This document shows, piece by piece, positions 25,461 to 28,170 of a DNA stretch of 28,170 bases. The notes below the pieces were generated by a model. That model was not told where the DNA came from, did no database searches, and worked only from the letters and a program-made list of their open reading frames with translations. Position 1 is the first letter of the stretch; each line of letters starts with the position of its first letter. The stretch comes from a virus (Duplodnaviria > Caudoviricetes), in IMG/VR virus record IMGVR_UViG_3300027656_000038, positions 1-28,170 of that record. One strand, given 5' to 3'. The translations under genes and the position numbers were made by a program.

Positions 25461-25882
25461 GGGTCGTTGCGATTTGCGAAATGCTCGGTGTGTGATGCAG
25501 GAGCTGCGCTCTGCCCAGTCATCCAAGCGTTAAACGTCTCTGCGTTGGCAAGGATGGTATTGACATCGTGTTGCGCAGCACAAGCGTACTCCACCGCAGA
25601 CTTCAAAGCAACCTGTCGGATGATAGAAGCGGAACGCTCATCGTTGCCTTTAGGGGCTGATGGGGTGTAGCTTGAACCAGTAGATGAACCATAAGGATTC
25701 GGGCGTTGGATTTTCACCGTTCCCTTTTCGTTCTTGGTGTACTCAACCTCCTCACCTACGGCATAGGGAGGGGTCTGTGATTTGGCAAAGGCAGTACCGA
25801 AGTCTCCATTGTCGAAGCGAACCTCAAGCTTGAATAAATCTTGCCATTGGCCTGTTGGGGTGATTGAAATAATTTTTGACAT
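25454..25882 (-). CDS. Putative single-stranded DNA-binding protein
   Basis: OB-fold-like beta N-terminus, Ser/Gly linker, SIIRQVALKSAVE helix, C-terminal DPF tip; next to the helicase. Confidence 0.65.
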   Translation of the reverse strand: MSKIISITPTGQWQDLFKLEVRFDNGDFGTAFAKSQTPPYAVGEEVEYTKNEKGTVKIQRPNPYGSSTGSSYTPSAPKGNDERSASIIRQVALKSAVEYACAAQHDVNTILANAETFNAWMTGQSAAPASHTEHFANRNDPF

Positions 25883-25894
25883 AATAGATTGGTT

Positions 25895-26035
25895 TTAGAT
25901 AAATAAAATTGATTGCTGCTCCAAAACATCAATACGAGCTTGAAGCTCTTGTATCTTGTTTTGTAGTGCTTGGATTTGTGCTTGTTGCACTTGCACCATT
26001 TCGGTGTATACGTCTTGTGAGAATGATAAAGTCAT
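25895..26035 (-). CDS. Small Gln-rich coiled-coil protein (46 aa, not in ORF track)
   Basis: MTLSFSQDVYTEMVQVQQAQIQALQNKIQELQARIDVLEQQSILFI; follows a promoter and the leader motif. Confidence 0.7.
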   Translation of the reverse strand: MTLSFSQDVYTEMVQVQQAQIQALQNKIQELQARIDVLEQQSILFI

Positions 26036-26037
26036 AA

Positions 26038-26065
26038 CTGATTGGTTTTAAGTTATGCAAATATA
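26038..26065 (-). promoter_or_regulatory. -7 box TATATTTG plus AAAACCAATCAG leader motif
   Basis: TAnnTTTG at 26058-26065; motif at 26038-26049. Confidence 0.7.
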
Positions 26066-26069
26066 CAAC

Positions 26070-26453
26070 TTATTCTGTTACCAACAAACCAGTAAAGGTT
26101 ATTTCTGCCGTGTCTTTGGGAATTGATTTGTCGTGAACCATCTTTAGCGACTGGACATAGGTGCGTGAGTCATCCTTTACGCCACCCCAAGTCTTGAATG
26201 CATCCAGAGCAAACTTCACCGCCATTATCGCATTGTCAATATCGTAGCGGTAGTTGACCTTGCAGAGGATTTGTACATCCGTTATCTGCTCGCAGTCATA
26301 GTCTGCTAGTTGCAACGTTACCTCTTGGCAATGTTTGGTCTTTGCCTTTGCTCGGACTGTCCAATGCTTTGATGCGTAGAAGGCGTTGAGGCTTGGAACC
26401 TTGCCGACTACCACCTTGTACGTTTTCAGTTGTCTGGTATCAGATAGCCGCAT
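26070..26453 (-). CDS. rusA: RusA-like Holliday junction resolvase
   Basis: PSLN, YDIDNAIMAVKFALDA, VKDDS: RusA D-x-D-N..K...D..DD catalytic pattern. Confidence 0.75.
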   Translation of the reverse strand: MRLSDTRQLKTYKVVVGKVPSLNAFYASKHWTVRAKAKTKHCQEVTLQLADYDCEQITDVQILCKVNYRYDIDNAIMAVKFALDAFKTWGGVKDDSRTYVQSLKMVHDKSIPKDTAEITFTGLLVTE

Positions 26454-26674
26454 TGGATGGCAAAGTGCAGGTCAATCTTGGAGATTTCTAATAGCAGCTC
26501 TTGTTCTTTGTACTTCGCCTGTTGGCGAGCGTTGTATGTGGACTCGCAGTTAGCCATCACGGAGGCACACTCCTCTAAAAGAAAGTCAATCTTCCTGCGC
26601 TTGGCAGGGTTAGTATAGTACTGCATACTTGACATTGATTCCTTCGCTTGTTGTGCTAACTGTTCGTTGCTCAT
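26426..26674 (-). CDS. Hypothetical protein
   Basis: 82 aa helical, overlaps both neighbours. Confidence 0.6.
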   Translation of the reverse strand: MSNEQLAQQAKESMSSMQYYTNPAKRRKIDFLLEECASVMANCESTYNARQQAKYKEQELLLEISKIDLHFAIQCGYLIPDN

Positions 26675-26870
26675 CTTGTCTTTCTAATTCAAATTGTAGG
26701 TGAGCGATAGCCTTTCGGATGTCATCGCAGATAGGGTTGTGAGGTTTCTTGCCTGCACGCATTAGGTAGGTGAGGGCAGTTCCAAGATTGTAATTATCTG
26801 GTTGGAAGTCCATCACCACATCCTTCGCCTCTATCTTCAACGTCTTGCCGATATAATACTTTGGTGTCAT
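26610..26870 (-). CDS. DUF3310-like protein (T7 gp1.7 nucleotide kinase-related family)
   Basis: PKYY, YNLGTALTYLMRAGKK, DDIRKAIAHL; start placed at ATG 26870. Confidence 0.75.
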   Translation of the reverse strand: MTPKYYIGKTLKIEAKDVVMDFQPDNYNLGTALTYLMRAGKKPHNPICDDIRKAIAHLQFELERQDEQRTVSTTSEGINVKYAVLY

Positions 26871-26934
26871 TAGCCAAAGGTACATCATCCCAATAAATAA
26901 AAATTTGGTCGTTCATAGAATTATTTATTAACAA

Positions 26935-27184
26935 AATTTGCGTATGTCAATTTTATTTTGTTTTTTATCAAAGTTGAATAGTTAACTTAGTTAGTTACTT
27001 AACTTAATCAACTTTCAAGTTGATATTAGTTAGTAGTTAGTCAACTCTTAACTTTACCAAACAACTTAAAGAAAAAGAAACTTAATAAAGAAAAAGAAAG
27101 AAGTTGCGTTTTAACGCATCCAAATACCTCAAGGCATACACTTATACCATTTTAGTATTTAAGTGCAGCAGAAGCCAAATAAAC
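26935..27184. repeat. AT-rich non-coding region with clustered short repeats and palindromes (putative replication origin)
   Basis: About 15 AGTT/AACT units in 26972-27105; palindromes AGTTAACT (26980-26987) and ATCAACTT-TC-AAGTTGAT (27007-27024); direct repeat TAAAGAAAAAGAAA twice. Confidence 0.5.
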
Positions 27185-27604
27185 CTACTCTACGAGCTTG
27201 TCTATCCACTTCTTGATGAAGTACGCAGCGACAAGGATAAGTCCAAGCATAACTGTTGCACCTTCAAAAGTCCATCCCCTCTGCTTCTTCTCCTTCGTTA
27301 GAATCTTGGTCTGTGTGACTCGGATGGTGTCGGGCAAGCACGTTGCTTCAACGAACACCTTTCGGTCTATGTACTGGAGCTGCAACCGTACCTTGTCTTG
27401 GTAGATTGTCGTGTCCTTGTAAAGTTCCAGAGTGTCGGTTAGGTACTTTGTCTTGGTGACAATTACCGTGTCCTTTACAATCACACTCTGCAGGACTGGT
27501 TTCACAGTAGCGCAACTGCTAACTACCGCAAGAGTCGCAGCCATCGGGAGAATCCACATTGCAAGTCGGATGGGGTTTAGTTTCAAGGGAGTCAAGCCAT
27601 TCAT
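27185..27604 (-). CDS. Putative unimolecular spanin (lipoprotein with C-terminal TM helix)
   Basis: Hydrophobic signal ending in lipobox-like VSSC; beta-rich middle; C-terminal TM GATVMLGLILVAAYFI then KK; directly after the endolysin (TGATG overlap). Confidence 0.65.
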   Translation of the reverse strand: MNGLTPLKLNPIRLAMWILPMAATLAVVSSCATVKPVLQSVIVKDTVIVTKTKYLTDTLELYKDTTIYQDKVRLQLQYIDRKVFVEATCLPDTIRVTQTKILTKEKKQRGWTFEGATVMLGLILVAAYFIKKWIDKLVE

Positions 27605-27632
27605 CAAAAGAGGAGGTATTTAGTTTTGCCAT
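27519..27632 (-). CDS. Overlapping 37-aa acidic Cys3 peptide (not in ORF track)
   Basis: MAKLNTSSFDEWLDSLETKPHPTCNVDSPDGCDSCGS, in a third frame across the endolysin/spanin junction. Confidence 0.55.
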   Translation of the reverse strand: MAKLNTSSFDEWLDSLETKPHPTCNVDSPDGCDSCGS

Positions 27633-28029
27633 TGTGCTTTACTGCTTTTAGGATTTGTTTTCGGTTCTTGCTACTTGAGTAACTAACGTGAACCCACGAT
27701 GGCGCAGTATCATTGCCAAATTCCCAAATGAGTTGGTCAAAGTCTAAATTGTCCTTAATCCAATGAAACAACACATCATTGCCACCATCAAACTTTAGGT
27801 CAGCAGCTTGTCCTTGCGTATGCTGCGAGGTCTTTGCTCCCCCAACTTTGCTATTCACCGCAGGGCTGCGGTATGCACTCGTTACTTTCACCGCACCTAA
27901 TGCATCTCTCGTGGGTTGTAAGACGTTTTCTGCAAGCGCACGGAGGTTGGGTTCCAAGTGCTTGGGTAAGGCGTTAGGAAGCCCTGTTTTTGTAGCAGTC
28001 AGTTCTGCAAGGGTAAAGTTCTTGGTCAT
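27604..28029 (-). CDS. Endolysin, peptidase M15A-type Zn metallopeptidase
   Basis: SAYRS..VN..VGG..SQH..GQAAD and WVHVS zinc-ligand motifs. Confidence 0.9.
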   Translation of the reverse strand: MTKNFTLAELTATKTGLPNALPKHLEPNLRALAENVLQPTRDALGAVKVTSAYRSPAVNSKVGGAKTSQHTQGQAADLKFDGGNDVLFHWIKDNLDFDQLIWEFGNDTAPSWVHVSYSSSKNRKQILKAVKHNGKTKYLLF

Positions 28030-28154
28030 CGCCCCTGCGACTTGTAAGGCTTGGAGTAGTTCTTACTCGCTTTGTTGGCAGATGCACTCTTGGAATGCTT
28101 GCCTCGCTTCTTGCTCTTACTTATTCGTTGGCTTACCGCCTGTTGCTTTGCCAT
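28026..28154 (-). CDS. Small highly basic protein (42 aa, not in ORF track)
   Basis: MAKQQAVSQRISKSKKRGKHSKSASANKASKNYSKPYKSQGR; its TGA overlaps the endolysin ATG. Confidence 0.65.
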   Translation of the reverse strand: MAKQQAVSQRISKSKKRGKHSKSASANKASKNYSKPYKSQGR

Positions 28155-28170
28155 CGTCTTTAGGGTCTTT
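28117..28170 (-). CDS. C-terminus of an upstream gene (possibly a holin)
   Basis: Open frame from the window edge, ...KDPKDDGKATGGKPTNK*; holin guess rests only on position. Confidence 0.3.
   Translation of the reverse strand, partial: KDPKDDGKATGGKPTNK

Noticed and set aside
26794-26916. 40-aa ORF MNDQIFIYWDDVPLANDTKVLYRQ... overlapping the DUF3310-like gene
   Set aside because: Short, mostly overlapping another gene and a promoter box, no motif; cannot be supported without homologues
26935-27184. CRISPR mini-array or tRNA in the repeat-rich gap
   Set aside because: No 25-45 nt direct repeats with regular spacers and no cloverleaf or T-loop consensus
7-27623. Numerous plus-strand ORFs in the ORF track (e.g. 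9075..9671, 8376..8855, 4723..5136, 7648..8055)
   Set aside because: They are antisense shadows of well-supported minus-strand genes, with no recognisable motifs or plus-strand expression signals
1-28170. Stop-codon reassignment as in some Bacteroidota phages
   Set aside because: Genes are intact and densely tiled under the standard code; TAA, TAG and TGA all end genes at sensible junctions

Overview
The window is most of a tailed dsDNA phage genome (siphovirus-like), with every credible gene on the minus strand. A Bacteroidota host is inferred from TAnnTTTG promoter boxes and AT-rich leaders without Shine-Dalgarno sequences. In transcription order (right to left) it holds five modules. (1) Lysis: M15-type endolysin and a putative u-spanin. 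(2) An AT-rich origin-like gap. (3) Early/replication genes: DUF3310-like, RusA-like, SSB-like, SF4 helicase, DnaA-C-like HTH, ECF-like sigma factor, PD-(D/E)XK nucleases and a Mom-like DNA modification enzyme. (4) Two glycosyltransferases and a methyltransferase, then HNH, TerS and TerL. (5) An unusually ordered virion module: frameshifted tail chaperone, tail genes, tape-measure-like gene, protease, scaffold, capsid, tail tube, portal, adaptor and fibre. No polymerase, primase, integrase, tRNA or CRISPR array was seen. Four observations stand out. Six early genes share an (AA)AACCAATC leader motif whose reverse complement lies once in the SSB 3' UTR before a UNCG-loop terminator, a candidate multi-target antisense regulator. 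A W-x6-W-x6-W motif recurs in three otherwise unrelated virion-module proteins. A hidden 37-aa ORF in the lysis cassette resembles the redox-active C-terminal tail of ribonucleotide reductase. The Mom-like enzyme ends in a clamp-binding-like motif. All family calls come from motif recognition by eye, not database searches.
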